In this document: piece by piece, positions 36,701 to 49,803 of the stretch
Numbering within the stretch: position 1 is the stretch's first letter
How the letters are laid out: every line of letters begins with the position of its first letter
NCBI RefSeq assembly: GCF_018350175.1
Contig: NC_058373.1
Location: 111,104,001-111,168,000, forward strand
Length of the DNA: 64,000 bases
Direction: 5' to 3'
From: Felis catus
Taxonomy: Eukaryota
Notes under the pieces: model-generated
The model's input: the letters and a program-made list of their open reading frames with translations, nothing else
The model's database searches: none
Told to the model about the DNA's origin: nothing
Translations under genes and position numbers: made by a program

Positions 36701-39217
36701 GTCTTAAATAAAGCTCAACTCAAGAAATCAGCCAGCTTTCTGTTGCCCATACTGAGATGTTTGAGAATGAAGATGAATGGGACCAAACAAATTCTAGAAG
36801 ACAGCAGAGGTTTTCCTGGGCTACACAGCTGGCCCGCAAATGCCTTCCTCCTTACATCCTATAGGAGCAGTGGCTGGATGCTGCCACTCTTCAACTACAC
36901 TCAATTTGCAGTTTCTGCCAAAAAACCTTTCCTTCAGGGCATCCCAGGCTAAAAGAAATCCTAAAGGGTTGTGCGATACTGAAGAGTGGCCCACAGATGC
37001 TCAACAGGAACTCCAGCACCAAATCGCTTCCAGCTTTGACATCTCTGCCAAGGTTTTTATCCAGCCTCTCAGTTTTATTTCCACCAAACTTTCCATACTG
37101 GCAGCCAGAGCAAAAATCTTCACCTACAATTTGTCCACCTCTGACACTAACAAGCACGTGTATCTTAAGTGTTATTATATGTTGAAAGCAAACATTATTT
37201 TGCTAGCCAAGAAGTTGCTAAACTGGCAGGAGGTCATTCAAGCTAAGGAGGTGTGTTCAAAATCGAGGGAAATCTCTTTAAATTATTTCCTTCCAACTTA
37301 CTGCACAGAGAATGTATCTTCCTTCAAGGCCTTACATCAGTTAGCAGCCTCATTTCCTACAAATTCTAGGTAGGCAAACAGCAGGGGGAAATAAATGCTC
37401 CATTATTCAAGGATGCACAAGGTTTTCGAGAACGATGCCATTTCCGGGCTATCTGACATCTAACCCCACCTATAAGGAGAATCTTCTTAACTCCAATACA
37501 AAGAATGCTCAGCATATACTGAAAGTTGCTCACTAAACACGTACTGCCTTTAAGAAATTCAAAGATTGCATTTTAGAGGAGAGATAATGTTGCTTATTGT
37601 TAATAAGCTACTCTTATTAAACACAACCATGGAAAATACATAGGTTCAAAATTCTCATCAGAAAAGATCTATTTATTACTTCTGATGGGAAGCAAATAGG
37701 AGAAATAAAACTGAATTTCTAAGCAACTTAACTCATTTTAATCAACATGAAAACTGCAACATGAAATAATGGGCAGCTGCGACGAGAAACCACTAAGGTC
37801 CTTAATAGGAAGATATAAATTTCAAGTTCCCAACACCTCTCCTGCTAGAAGCCAAATGCCTACTATACATTTCTAAACTCAACTAAATACATGTGTTTTT
37901 GAGGGTTTTTTTGTTTTTTGCTTTGTTTTGTTTTGTTTGGCGTCATTTGGTGCCTAAAAGAACTTGGGAATGCTATTATCCAAATATGCTCTCAAACTAC
38001 AGCCATTTGAGAAATTAAAAATGCCTTGGTCATGAAATTTTAATCGAAAACCAAGTTAGATTCCACGATCAACAATTTCGCCATTACGGGCATCTTGAAA
38101 AAGGACTTTAAAACATAAGAACACCTTTTACTCTAACAAACAGGCGTATTTAAGAAGCAAGCCTGGCATTTCTGTACCACTGTCAACACTCTGAAGCACA
38201 CACAAATTACATGCAGCGTGCAGCACTTCTACGCAACTAATTCCAGGTAAAACAGACAGTGGCTTCCAAGTAAATTCCAATCTCAAAGACGACCAAGCTC
38301 ATTCCCTTCTAAATAGACTGTAATTCCCAACAAAGCACAGAGCACTACGAAGTTAAAAATATTTAATAGGAGGAAGACCCACACGTGAAACTGCACAGAT
38401 CTGTTTCTATACCCCTTAACAGATATACTGTAACTCTAACACATCCAGCTGATATGGATAATAAGCCTCGAGTTTCCTAACACACTAACCCTACATTTCT
38501 CGTCTACTTTCACTTTTTTCCAAAAGTAACTTCCCAAACAGAAATAAAACAAAAGGATTTACTTCGTATGAAACATACCCGTCCCAGAAAAGTTTCTCTA
38601 AAATGCAGATTTTTCCCTCCAAAAAAGAGTAAGATAATACCAGTGGGACTGTGAGATGCATAAAATTTAGTAATAAAAATATTATTTCCTTTACAAAGCT
38701 TACTGGTCACTGGAGAAGCTGTTTTCCGTTTGCACTGAGGCAACAGAAAAAAAAATTCACCAAATCAGTTTCACTTTCTGTTAGAGTTAACCTCACTTCC
38801 TAACTATTCTTGCAGAGAATCTTAAATTTCTCACACAGTAAGGCTGTATCTACTGTAGTGACCTCATAAAAGACAAATGAGGGTCTCTTTTTACATTAGG
38901 ACTCACAGAACCTTCCAAATAACTTGTCAGAAGTTCTTCTGTAGTCCTGAATATTTGGTTGTTCACAGTCCACAACCTTTTCTGAATACAAAGCTTATGA
39001 ATAGTTCCCTCCGAATTAAAAAAAAAAAAATGTATTATCTATACTAAACGGCAGGAAATAAAGTGATGTATTCACAGAGAAAAAAACCCCGAAATCCTTT
39101 TTACCCTATTTGTTCATGATAATTGTTTGATATGCCATAAAAATTTATCTGTTGCTTCTTCTTTCCATGCTCTTATGATTATTTTCTGCCAGATAATGTT
39201 TAAAAGTCTCGGCAAAT

Positions 39218-39440
39218 AGGCATGCCTGGATGGCTTAGTTGGTTAAGTGTCCGACTTTGGCTCAGGTCATAATATCATGGTTTGTGAGTTCGAGCCCCAC
39301 ATCGGGCTCAGTTCTGACAGTGTGGAGCCTGGAGCCTGCTTCACATTCTGTTCTCCCTCTGTCTCTGACCCTCCCCCACCCGCGCGCGCGCGCTCTCTCT
39401 CTCTCTCAAAAATAAACATGAAAAAAAATTAAACAAAAAA
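39218..39440 (+). mobile_element. Can-SINE
   Basis: Full length, TSD aaaagtctcggcaaatag/aaaagtttcagcaaatag. Confidence 0.93.
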
Positions 39441-41330
39441 GTTTCAGCAAATAGATGTGTCAAATTAAAAACAGAATCAAATCCACTCCCACTGCCCACC
39501 TCCCAAAATCAAAGAGAAAGATCTTAGGCACCTTAACACCAAACTAAAAATATCTAAGAAAAACAATGACATTAGCATTCTAGGAGAGTGGAAACATTTT
39601 AATAATTTAATAAAGCAATTTACATCAATACCCATGTGGATGGATATTTTGAAAAGCAGAAAGCTTTCAAGAACTGTAAGCCAAACTTTCACAAAGAAAA
39701 CTCTCTCACTGGAAAGCCAATGTAATTCTAATTCAAATAATGATTCTGCAAAGGAGGCCTAACCAATCCCTATCCTCCAACCGTGATCAAGCCCTGGAAT
39801 ACATTTTATAACTGGAAACTTGGGGGGGGGGGGAATGTTTTAAAAAGACTGGGTTCTAAACACGAAACTCAACATTCACACCATTAAGGGTAATAGTAAC
39901 TAAAAAAAGGAACCGAATTTCCAAATACATGTGTAAAGGTAAGTATCTGACAATACTTCAAGGAAAAGTAGAGCAAAATCTTTTTTGTGACTATTACCCA
40001 GAGATAATTTTTTAAATCTTATGGAACAACTTCATACTCCAGATTTTATGGAAATATTAGCTCTCAATAAACATTTTTCTTAATGCCTATCTGCTTGGAG
40101 AACCTGCAGAAACTCTGCCTGCTCTACTGAACAGTAGGTACAAGGCAGTGGACATGCTTTTATCCTGTGATAACAGAAGCATCAAAGTGGCATCCTGCAA
40201 ATTCTAACAAGTCCCCAAACATCATGTCAACAATCAGAAAAGTAAAAAAATCTGGATTTCTAATCTTTCTTCAAAACAGGAAGATCTGGCAACAGTGAGC
40301 CCTCACTCCCACATAACAACAACCCATTGGAGTTTAATGGCTGTCTTTTCAGTAAAGACATGTGCTGTCCAGAGCCCTAGTCCTCACCTCTGCTCTCTAT
40401 TCCTGATGATCTTACTGCCTGGGCCCCCCAGAGGCATCTGAATTTTTGAACCCCCATTCTATAAACTCTGTACCGTTCCCATCTGTCAAATGTTAAGACA
40501 CTCTGATGTACTTCTCTCCCTCTGACTCTGATTTATTTTGTGTCTATTCTTTTTTTCTTTCTCTAATCTCTTCATGGAACACCCACCGCACTGTCCCAGA
40601 CTGGAAAGGCATGAGATTAGTGTCTATCTAAATCCACAGAACATCTACTGAGAACATTAATATCAAAACCCTGAGAAATTACTGATAACATTGTATGATC
40701 TCAACCGCCACCTTTTAGCAAATCTGTCTCTGCAATGCCACGCTTTCCTCAACAATTTTTCTATTTTCTTTATACCTCTCCTTCAACGCAAATAGACCAC
40801 AATAAGCTGTTTGTGACACTTTCCTATTCAACCTTTGGCTCCTCTACATTTCTAATTTCTGCATTAGAAAAATACCAGGTTGTGCTAGACTCTATAGGCC
40901 TATAGAAATCACATGACTTTTGGTTAAAGATGATTTTTCGCATGTGGCTTCAGCCTCACACAACTACGCATGTATTGTTTAGAACCTACTTGTTCCAAAG
41001 TAAATCTGACAACTTTGGCCCAAAATAATACAATTTACTTCAGAATGACACATTTCTCATTTTACACTTACAAAGTGACAGCTAGATCACCCACGTGAAA
41101 ACTACTGAACGATTCATTTCTTTGCAAACAGCTCCTTTCACTCACCTACAGTCCACTGAAACTTATCACCTGAGTCTAGAATGATGATATTTGCAAACCC
41201 GACCCCCCCACCTAGAACCCCAGAACAAGGCCCCGCCTCACCTTAGCGGTTAACAGGAGAGTTTACTACAATATTAAAAATAATAGAACAATCTCTTTTT
41301 CTCTCTGACCCCAAAAAGGACTAGAACTGA

Positions 41331-41491
41331 NNNNNNNNNNNNNNNNNNNNNNNNNNNNNNNNNNNNNNNNNNNNNNNNNNNNNNNNNNNNNNNNNNNNNN
41401 NNNNNNNNNNNNNNNNNNNNNNNNNNNNNNNNNNNNNNNNNNNNNNNNNNNNNNNNNNNNNNNNNNNNNNNNNNNNNNNNNNNNNNNNNNN
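41331..41491 (-). CDS. MAX: N block inferred to contain MAX exon 2 (27-nt alternative microexon, p22 vs p21)
   Basis: Bases not visible. Position ~0.6-0.8 kb downstream of the exon 1 block fits the known structure. Confidence 0.6.
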
Positions 41492-43130
41492 GGGTGGGGA
41501 GTCGGCCCGACCCCCCTCCCTCCCTCCCCACCCCACGCCGACATCACCCCAGCGGGATCCGGTAGCGGGGCAGGGGGGTCCCGAGCGCCGCCCCTCCTTC
41601 CAGGATCCGACATCGGCCGGAGGGGATTTAGAGCACTGTCTCCTCCCCCTCGCACCCAGCTCGGGGTATCTGGGCACTCCCAACCTGTCCGCTCTCCCTC
41701 ACCCCCCAGGATCCGCGGGTCACGGGAAGAGGGTGATCGCGGACCCAGGGGGCAGGTCCTGAGCGTCGTCCCCTTACCCGGGATCCGGACAATGGGATCC
41801 CAGGCGCACCCCGTCCCAGTCCCCCGGATCCTGAGCGGTATAGGGTGGGAGCGGGAGGCCGCAGCACCCTCCTCCACGGGGGGAGGTGGGGGTCCCAAAG
41901 GCCGCGTGTCTCCTCCCCACCTCCAGTCCCAGAAGGCCGCTCCGGCTAGGAGCCCGGAGGGGAGCGAGCCGGGAGCGCGACAGAGGCGGTCCCAGTCAAG
42001 GGCGGGGGGGGGGGGGGGGGGGAGGCGAGGGGGGTGGGGGGTGGGGGGGAAGAGGAGGAGGCTGCCCGACCCCCTGCCGCCNNNNNNNNNNNNNNNNNNN
42101 NNNNNNNNNNNNNNNNNNNNNNNNNNNNNNNNNNNNNNNNNNNNNNNNNNNNNNNNNNNNNNNNNNNNNNNNNNNNNNNNNNNNNNNNNNNNNNNNNNNN
42201 NNNNNNNNNNNNNNNNNNNNNNNNNNNNNNNNNNNNNNNNNNNNNNNNNNNNNNNNNNNNNNNNNNNNNNNNNNNNNNNNNNNNNNNNNNNNNNNNNNNN
42301 NNNNNNNNNNNNNNNNNNNNNNNNNNNNNNNNNNNNNNNNNNNNNNNNNNNNNNNNNNNNNNNNNNNNNNNNNNNNNNNNNNNNNNNNNNNNNNNNNNNN
42401 NNNNNNNNNNNNNNNNNNNNNNNNNNNNNNNNNNNNNNNGACCGGGCCCGTCACGCTGGGGCCGCCGAGACTTGTAGTTGTCGTCCCTTTGACTGACGGC
42501 CCAGCTGGAGCCAGTAAAACTACAAATCCCATAAGGAACTGCATATAGTCGTCGCCAGCCCAACCTGTTGACGGAGCCCAGGGCGCCTGCGTGTCCTGTG
42601 GAGGGGGCGGAGAGAGAAGCGGCGCGATGCCTGCTGGGAGTCGTAGTCCGCAGACCGCGAGTTGTCAGGAGGTTTTCTTCCCAAGGCAGCAGAGGAGGCT
42701 GCTGGGAAGATAGGACACGTGGAGGGAGTTGGGGCTCCAGGAGCCGGGCATGGTCTGAGCGCTGGGCGCCGGGCCCAGGGGGCAGGGTGGAGGCTCTGGG
42801 GGAGTAGCCGGCTGCCTAAATAACGTTGCCTCTCCTCGTACGACTAGTTTTACTTTGTCTTTTTGGTGCCTGAGTTGCTCTGCATTGCGCCCTGGGGCGT
42901 AACCCACTAGGGCCGGGGTTGGGCGGGGGAGGGGAGGGGGGTGCAGATCTTGCTGCTGCAGACTAGGGGGCGCGGCTCCGAATGCCCGTGCGTACCTTTG
43001 GGATCTGGCTGTGGGGAGGTGTCAGTGGCAGGTGTTAAGTGGTGTTACAGGACAGGCAGGATAACCGGCCTTGCTGGCGGACCGCTCCCAGCCTTGAGAA
43101 TCTTGTATTCATTCACGCGGGGTAACCATG
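41492..43130. promoter_or_regulatory. MAX: MAX CpG island / promoter
   Basis: Very GC- and CpG-rich, GC boxes (GGGGCGG), ACTACAnnTCCCA motifs at 42519-42531 (+), 42628-42648 (-) and a variant at 42464-42479 (-). Confidence 0.9.
42082..42439 (-). CDS. MAX: N block inferred to contain the MAX TSS, 5' UTR and exon 1
   Basis: Bases not visible. Centre of the CpG island, flanked by promoter motifs. No MAX start-codon sequence is visible elsewhere. Confidence 0.65.
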
Positions 43131-44004
43131 CCTGCTACTCATCGTGAGGCTCCTGCATTCATTGACCCCCGACCTTCATCAACCGTTTACTTGGAAGTAA
43201 AACCCCTTCTGAGTTTGTTGTCGCCCACGTAGATTAGGGAGTGCCCAGTTCAGAGTGCCATATTTAAGAATTGCAAAAAGTATCAAAACGGGAAACCGCA
43301 CTCTATCCAGTTAAAATCATACTGAACACCTACGATGTGCCAGCACGGGGATGTCATAGTGTATGAAACTGGACGGGTCCCTGACTTCATGCAGCTCACA
43401 TCTATAGAAACAAAAGCAATACTGCGGCACCATCATTTAAAGAGTGTACAGCAAGTCCTACAGGAAGGAAAAACAAGACACTTTTCAATCCTGAGGTAAA
43501 GTAACTGAACTACTCTTGTACATCCGGTGTCCAAAATGAAGGACATTTCGAGCTTTTCCGTTAAGTTACTGATTCCCTAATGAAAACCATTTTATCACTA
43601 ACCTTTGAATCCAGAAATTTGGAGATATGTGACATATCTCCCCATGTGAGCATATCATCAGTGCTTAAAAGACCGATGTCAACATGGTAATCTTCCCTTT
43701 ACATTTTTCCTTTAAATAGCTGTTGTATTTTTTTACTTATAGTGATTCAATCCTAATGAAGTCTGCATATCCTTGCAATTAAACTCATCTTTTCTAAATA
43801 TTTTGGTCTCCTAGTCTTCCTTTCACATCTAGTGGGGGAATACAGACCAAAGCAGATCTTTGTAAGAGCTGAGGGGCTGTAAGGCAGACAGGGAAGGTAG
43901 TTCTGGGTGAGTTAATTAGCTGGATATTAGAAACAAGGGCTAACTCATATTAGAAACTAGAACAAACAATTATTTGGTGCCAGTTATGTGCAAAGCATTA
44001 TAGG

Positions 44005-44272
44005 ACAGCACTGGCTACAAGTTAAAGTCACTCTGGGGCTATTAAAAATTCTGATGCTCAGGCTGTACCCCAAACCAATTAAGTCAGAACCTCTGGGGGC
44101 AAGAAGCGGGCAACGGTATTTTTTTAAAGCTCTCCAGGTGATTCCAATGTGCAGCCAAAGCCACATTACCTTGGCACTTCCTAGAAATACACCCCAGACC
44201 CACTGAATCAGGTCTGCAATATGACAATAGTCCCAGGTGATTCATCTGCACAGCAGAGTCTGAGAAGCTCTG
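44005..44272. mobile_element. MER5A/MER5B-like hAT-Charlie MITEs
   Basis: Two copies of the ...ccaggtgattc.aatgtgcagcc / catctgcacagc motif. Confidence 0.75.
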
Positions 44273-45949
44273 ATGAGGGACGAGGGGTCAGCCAGTGGGG
44301 AGGGCAGACTACCTCCATTTTCTCCTGAGCTCTTCCACAGTGTGGCTTCCACTCCATCACTTGGCTAAAATCACTCTTATCCAGGCCACCAGCTACCCTG
44401 TATTGCTAAATCCACCACTCCTCTTTCTCAAAGGCCAAGAACTACCCCCCTCCTCAAACCTCCTCATCTGCCTCCTCTGACTCCTCCCACTCTGTTGTTT
44501 GAGTTTCAGCGGCTCGACAGTGGCTCCGGTGGCTCTCCCCCTTCCCCTCCTACCCTCTGCCTCATGGGATCCTCCGCCTCCTGCGGCTTTCTCGGTCATC
44601 TCTCTGATGGTGACCCCGAGACTGAGTCTCTTCAACTTTAGATTGTTATTTTCAATTTGTTTCTGGACACATCTGCTTGGATTATTCCACAGGCAACTCA
44701 GAACTTGAGGCTGATGGATGAGTGAGAAAAAGTAGGTTTGATAACAGCATTTGGAGTATGGCTCACTCAAAATTGAACCTATCTGTAGGAGTATATATCT
44801 GTAGAGAAATGTGTAGAAGGATGGCCAGCAAACATTTAATAGCATTTGTTTCCGGGAGGTGGGATTTCCGATGATTTTTCTCTTCTTTTTAAGTGAGCGG
44901 CATCATTCTCATTCAAACGGTAGGGCTATTAAAAGACAACCGCTATCTCGGAAGGTCTGTTATCTTTCCTAAACAGCAAACTTCTCAAGCCATTATCCTT
45001 AGGAAGACTGTCCCATCCTTTTCCCGAGTCACTTACGCTTGCTTTCTCCTTATTTGGGGGAAAGGGTATAACCTTGAGGGGCTCAGCAGGAACCAGCTGG
45101 CACACTCAAATTAGGATGTTCAAGGAGCTTTTAATAACAAGGTTGTTTACAAATATGTGGGCAGGGTGTAAAGAAACCACAAGGAATTGCACGGAACCCC
45201 TGGGGTGCCTACCCCAGACCTGTAGGGGAGAGAGCATGAGTGGTTATCAGAGCTGGGATGGGGGCTGTATGAAGAGGGCCCTCTGAAAGGAGTTCAGACC
45301 CGGGGCCCAGGACAACTGGATCTGGAAGGTCAAGACAAAGGTTTCTAACACTGCAAAGGACACTTGATTCCTCTTCTTACAATTTCAGAGAGGGCTGGAA
45401 TCTCCAGTCCTTTTCCTGCCTATTCCCCACTCCACAGCCCAGATGGATCTATCAGAAATGAAGTATCTTTACTCTTTCTATTAAACCTTTCTATCCCTCT
45501 CCATGACCTCAGGATAAACTTAGACTCCATAGTTTAGCACCTAAGTCTCTTTGTGATCTGGTTCCTTTGCCAGCCTCATCTCTTAGCTCCTGTTCTCTCA
45601 CCCCCTACAAATCCAGCCATGCAGAATGTCTTGCCTGTTCCCCCAAAGGCCATGTTTTTTTCTGCATCCAGGGATTTCCACATACCGCCCCTTCTGCCCT
45701 GAGGGTTGCCTCCCCTAAACTACTACCACTCACCCTCCTTTTCTTCTCATCCTTTGGGGCTCAGCCAACACCGCCTTTAGGAAGTCTTCCTGGATTCTGA
45801 AAAGCTGGATTTAGGAGATTGGGCTGAACCAGGCAGCCAGTTTCTCCTCTCAATCTGCAAGCCCATGAGTCATTCCTCCTCCCAGGGGGAATAAAAGAGG
45901 GAGTAGAAAGGCCAGAGTATTCCTCCCATACATTTCTTCCCTGTAGACT

Positions 45950-46065
45950 AGACTATTCAGTTCCTTGAACTTTCAGCCTCCAGAACGGGGAACAATAAAC
46001 GTCTGTTGTTATAAACCATCTAGTCTGTGGTATTTTGTTATAGCAGCACGAATGGACTAAGACAA
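45950..46065 (+). mobile_element. MLT1 LTR 3' end
   Basis: cagcctccagaac...aataaacgtctgttgttataaacc...gtggtattttgttatagcagc...actaagaca. Confidence 0.8.
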
Positions 46066-47580
46066 TCCCCTATCTGTTTTGATTTGGTGTTTGTTGACTT
46101 ATTTATGGACTCTCACTCCACTAGACCATAAACTTTATGAGGTCAGGGACCATGCCCATTTTGTTCCTACGCATATCCACAGCACCCAGCACCGTAGCTG
46201 GTGAGTGGTGGGGGGGGGGGGGTACAACAAATAGTGTGGGAACTGAAGCTTGTAATAATTAATTTATTTCAACCCCATCATACTTTATAGACTACATGGA
46301 TAAATGTTAATGCACTCTTGGAAGTGTCTGAGAAAAAAAATCACGAAGATTGTACTATCTGTATTACCAGCCTTGGGGGCTGCGTAGAGCTTCCCTACCT
46401 GACCTAAACATCCCTGGGTTGATGGACAACGAAGAGACTGTTTGCGTTTCCACTCCACACAGTGTGCTTGGGGCAGGGCGGTCCCTGCTAATCATGCCTG
46501 GCTCTGAATTCTTCTCAGAATGCGTTCAACAATTCAGAGGACTTAGGGGTCAAGATGGAGAGGAGGAGATTATGTCGAGGGCCAGTCTGTGTTTAGCCTA
46601 TACTTTACTTGTAGTCCTTGAACTAATTTGATTCCTTTGTCAAGAAACCAGAGGCATTGGTTCATAGCTTTTAAAAGAAAGAGCCAGCAGGGGGTGTTTT
46701 GTTCCTTCGCGCCAGGGTTAGCCTCCTCGTTGACATCGGAAGCTCTTTCCTCGATTGGAATTCGTGTCGTTGATCATTTTGGCTGCTATTAGCGATATCC
46801 AGGACTTCACCATTTTCGTTATTTCACAATTTTCACATATCATATGATTTCAGGGTTTATATCCTCTAGGAGAAATTTTAATATAATGAAACGATTTTAC
46901 ATATATTATTTGTTCCATCATGTAATCAAAGCCCAAGTTACAAAGAACAAACAAACAAAAAGCACAGGTTTTTAATGGAGACGTTTGAGGTTGAATGGGA
47001 CAATAACCTATTTTAAATAATTTAATCAGTCTCCATTGTGACATTTTGGCTCCAAAAGGCCAAAATGTATTCCAAGAGGTAGTTTGGAAGTCAGTGTTTC
47101 AGTGTGACAGATTCTGCAGCTTTGATCCTGCTGCTCGCTTGCCGTAGCAAGAGTATTTGCCCATAAGCCCCGGGTTCCTTTTACTTCAGGGGACCGTGCA
47201 TGCCCCAGGGCCTGGGGTCTCTTCCCCGTGACAAAATTAGAGACCTTGGAAGAAATACGTTTTTCTGAAGCTTTGTGGAATTCAGATACCCGCTGCCAAA
47301 CTTTTAATTAACAAATCCATTGATTAGTTATTGGCGTTATTTAAGTGGATGGCTTAAAACATTAGACATTCATAGGAAAGGGAGGATGAGAGAGAGACAT
47401 ACAGGGGCTACAGCACTGAGGCGTCTGATCGAGTCAGAATGGGAGCAGTTCCAAGGAAGGAGCCCTGGGGTCCTGGTTCCACTTCCCTACATAAGCCTCA
47501 CCTTCCTGCAGCAAAAATGAGAGAACTTGGCCCAGGTGATGAGGATGTGGGAATAAAATGAGAATATGTGTGCACCAATA

Positions 47581-47783
47581 TTTTCTTTTTTTTTTTTTAG
47601 TTTATTTATTTTTGAGAGAAAGTGCGTGCACGAGCAGGGGAGAGGCAGAGAGAGGAGAGAGAGAATGCCAAGCTCTGTCAGTACAGAGCCTGACAAGGGG
47701 CTCGATCTTGTGAACTGTGAGATCATGACCTGAGCCGGAACCAAGGGTCGGACACTTAGCCGACTGAGCCACCCAGGTGCACC
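47581..47783 (-). mobile_element. Can-SINE
   Basis: Full length. Confidence 0.93.
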
Positions 47784-47784
47784 T

Positions 47785-48415
47785 GATTTTCTTTTAATTG
47801 AGGTATAATTTACATAAAGTATAATTTGCCCTTTTTAGCATATATTTCTGTCAGTTTTGACAATGGGTATAGTCATGCAACCTAGCACCACAATCAATAT
47901 ATAGAATAATTCCATCACCCCCTAAAATTCTCCTGTGCCCCTTCCTGGTCAACCCCTTAGATCTTGAAAACCACCACTGACCTGTTTTCTGTATCTATAA
48001 TTTTGCCTGTTCTAGAATGTCACAGAAATCACATCATACATTATGTAGCCTGTCGGCTCTAGCTTCTCTCGCTTTGCATTTGGGACTCATTCATACATAG
48101 GTCACTGGCCCATATTTTTGACTGCTAGGTAGTATTTCACTGAGAGAGGCACTAGTTTGTTTAGCCTTTCACCAACTGAAGGACATTTGGGTTGTTTCCA
48201 GCTTAGACCAGTTTTGATTATGAATAGAGCTGCCATAAGCATCTGCAAACAGGTTTTTGTGCAAACATCAGTTTTCGTTTCTCTTGGATGTATACCTTCA
48301 AGTGGGATCACTGAGTCTCATGGTATGTGTATGTTTAACTGTATCAAAAACTGCCAAACCGTGTTCCAAAGCGGCTGTACGATTTTGCTTCCCCACCAGC
48401 AATGGATGCGTGTAT
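47785..48415 (-). mobile_element. L1M 3' end fragment
   Basis: Minus-strand ORF resembles the L1 ORF2 C-terminus (IPLEGIHPRETKTDVCTKTC..MAALFII..WKQPKCPS). Confidence 0.85.
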
Positions 48416-49295
48416 GACAACATTTTGAAGAATAAAAATGTCTACGTATCACTTATAAAAGCGGGCGGAAAGCAATTTCCCCAGGATTGAGAAGGGCAAC
48501 TGAGAGACAGCTCTGAATTGTTTGCCAAACGAGCCCACAGAACCCACAGAAATCAGCTGAGAAGGTTTACTGAGTCTTTGGAGCAAATGCTACAAAGAAT
48601 ATTGTTTATTTAGGAACACAGTTAACGCTAGCAGACATTTATCGAGCCCTTACCATGCCCGGGGCCTTGGGTTTCGTGCTCTACGGGAATCTTCACAACG
48701 ATCCTATTTATTATTCCACCTTACAGGTCAGGACACGAGGCCCAGAAAGGGTAAGCAACATGCCAAACAAAGGCAACCCAGCTTATAAGAGAACTAACAG
48801 GGAATAAAATCCAGGTGTATTGGATTCCAGACACTGTACCCTAAAAACTGCTCCCTTATGCTGGCCTTTTAGCTCCTTATAATTACTAGTTATTAGCGTT
48901 CATCAGAGTCTCCCTTCTGCTTCTCCTTGCACACAAAAACCGGGCCCAGGAACATTGGGCAGAACTTAAGTTTTGTGCCTGGCAACTCTAGACCTTTCTG
49001 TTGCTGTTCTTTCCATCCAAACCCACAGGGCTTCCCTACCAGGCTCAGTCCTCTGCTCTCAGCCTTCCCAGCTTCCTCCGAATCATGCTATAAGTCACAC
49101 GTCATTTCTTTGGAGAATATTCTGGGAAGAAAGCCTCTTGCCGTTGAATGCAGCAAAGTCCAATGGAATGACCTTTCCCTTCCAGTTTGAGAAGGTCAGG
49201 CTAAGAGTCTTCTGCCAAGAGCTGGAGCTGGTTCTCCCTCTCCAGCTCTTGCTTCTTTAAAAGTAAATTAAATTAGTTTAGTTAAAACTTTTTTT

Positions 49296-49522
49296 GGGGG
49301 GGCGCCTGGGTGGCGCAGTCGGTTAAGCGTCCGACTTCAGCCAGGTCACGATCTCGCGGTCCGTGCGTTCTAGCCCCGCGTCGGGCTCTGGGCTGATGGC
49401 TCAGAGCCTGGAGCCTGTTTCCGATTCTGTGTCTCCCTCTCTCTCTGCCCCTCCCCCGTTCATGCTCTGTCTCTCTCTGTCCCAAAAATAAATAAACGTT
49501 GAAAAAAAATTAAAAAAAAAAA
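49296..49522 (+). mobile_element. Young felid SINE (near SINEC_Fc consensus)
   Basis: CpG-retaining ggggcgcctgggtggcgcagtcggttaagcgtccgacttcagccaggtcacgatctcgcggtccg. Confidence 0.97.
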
Positions 49523-49528
49523 AACAAC

Positions 49529-49803
49529 TTTTTTTGATGTTTATTTATTTATTTTGAGAGAGACAGAGAGAGAGAGAGAGAGAGGGCCAAGCACGCGTGT
49601 GAGTGGGGGAGGGGCAGAGAGAGTGGGGAGACGGAGACAGAGCATGAGCAGGGGAGGAGCAGAGAGAGAGACACAGAATCCGAAACAGGCTCCAGGCTCC
49701 GAGCCGTCAGCACAGAGCCCGATACTGGGCTCGAACTCACAAACTGTGAGATCGTGACCTGAGCTGAAGTCTGACACTCAACCGACTGAGCCACCCAAGC
49801 TCC
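49529..49803 (-). mobile_element. Can-SINE
   Basis: Full length with a duplicated GA-rich segment. Confidence 0.93.

Larger units (their letters stand above)
18020..42439 (-). other. MAX: MAX (MYC-associated factor X) gene span
   Basis: Readable exon 4, end of exon 5, 3' UTR poly(A) signals and a CpG island at 41.5-43 kb. N-block spacing fits the known five-exon layout. Confidence 0.93.

Noticed and set aside
36840-37373. 177-aa + strand ORF in MAX intron 2
   Set aside because: No recognisable protein similarity, splice context or promoter. Length is compatible with chance.
41266-42563. Long ORFs over the CpG island
   Set aside because: Artefacts of high GC content and N runs lacking stop codons.
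49296-49380. tRNA-like A/B box sequence
   Set aside because: It is the tRNA-derived head of a SINE, not a tRNA gene.
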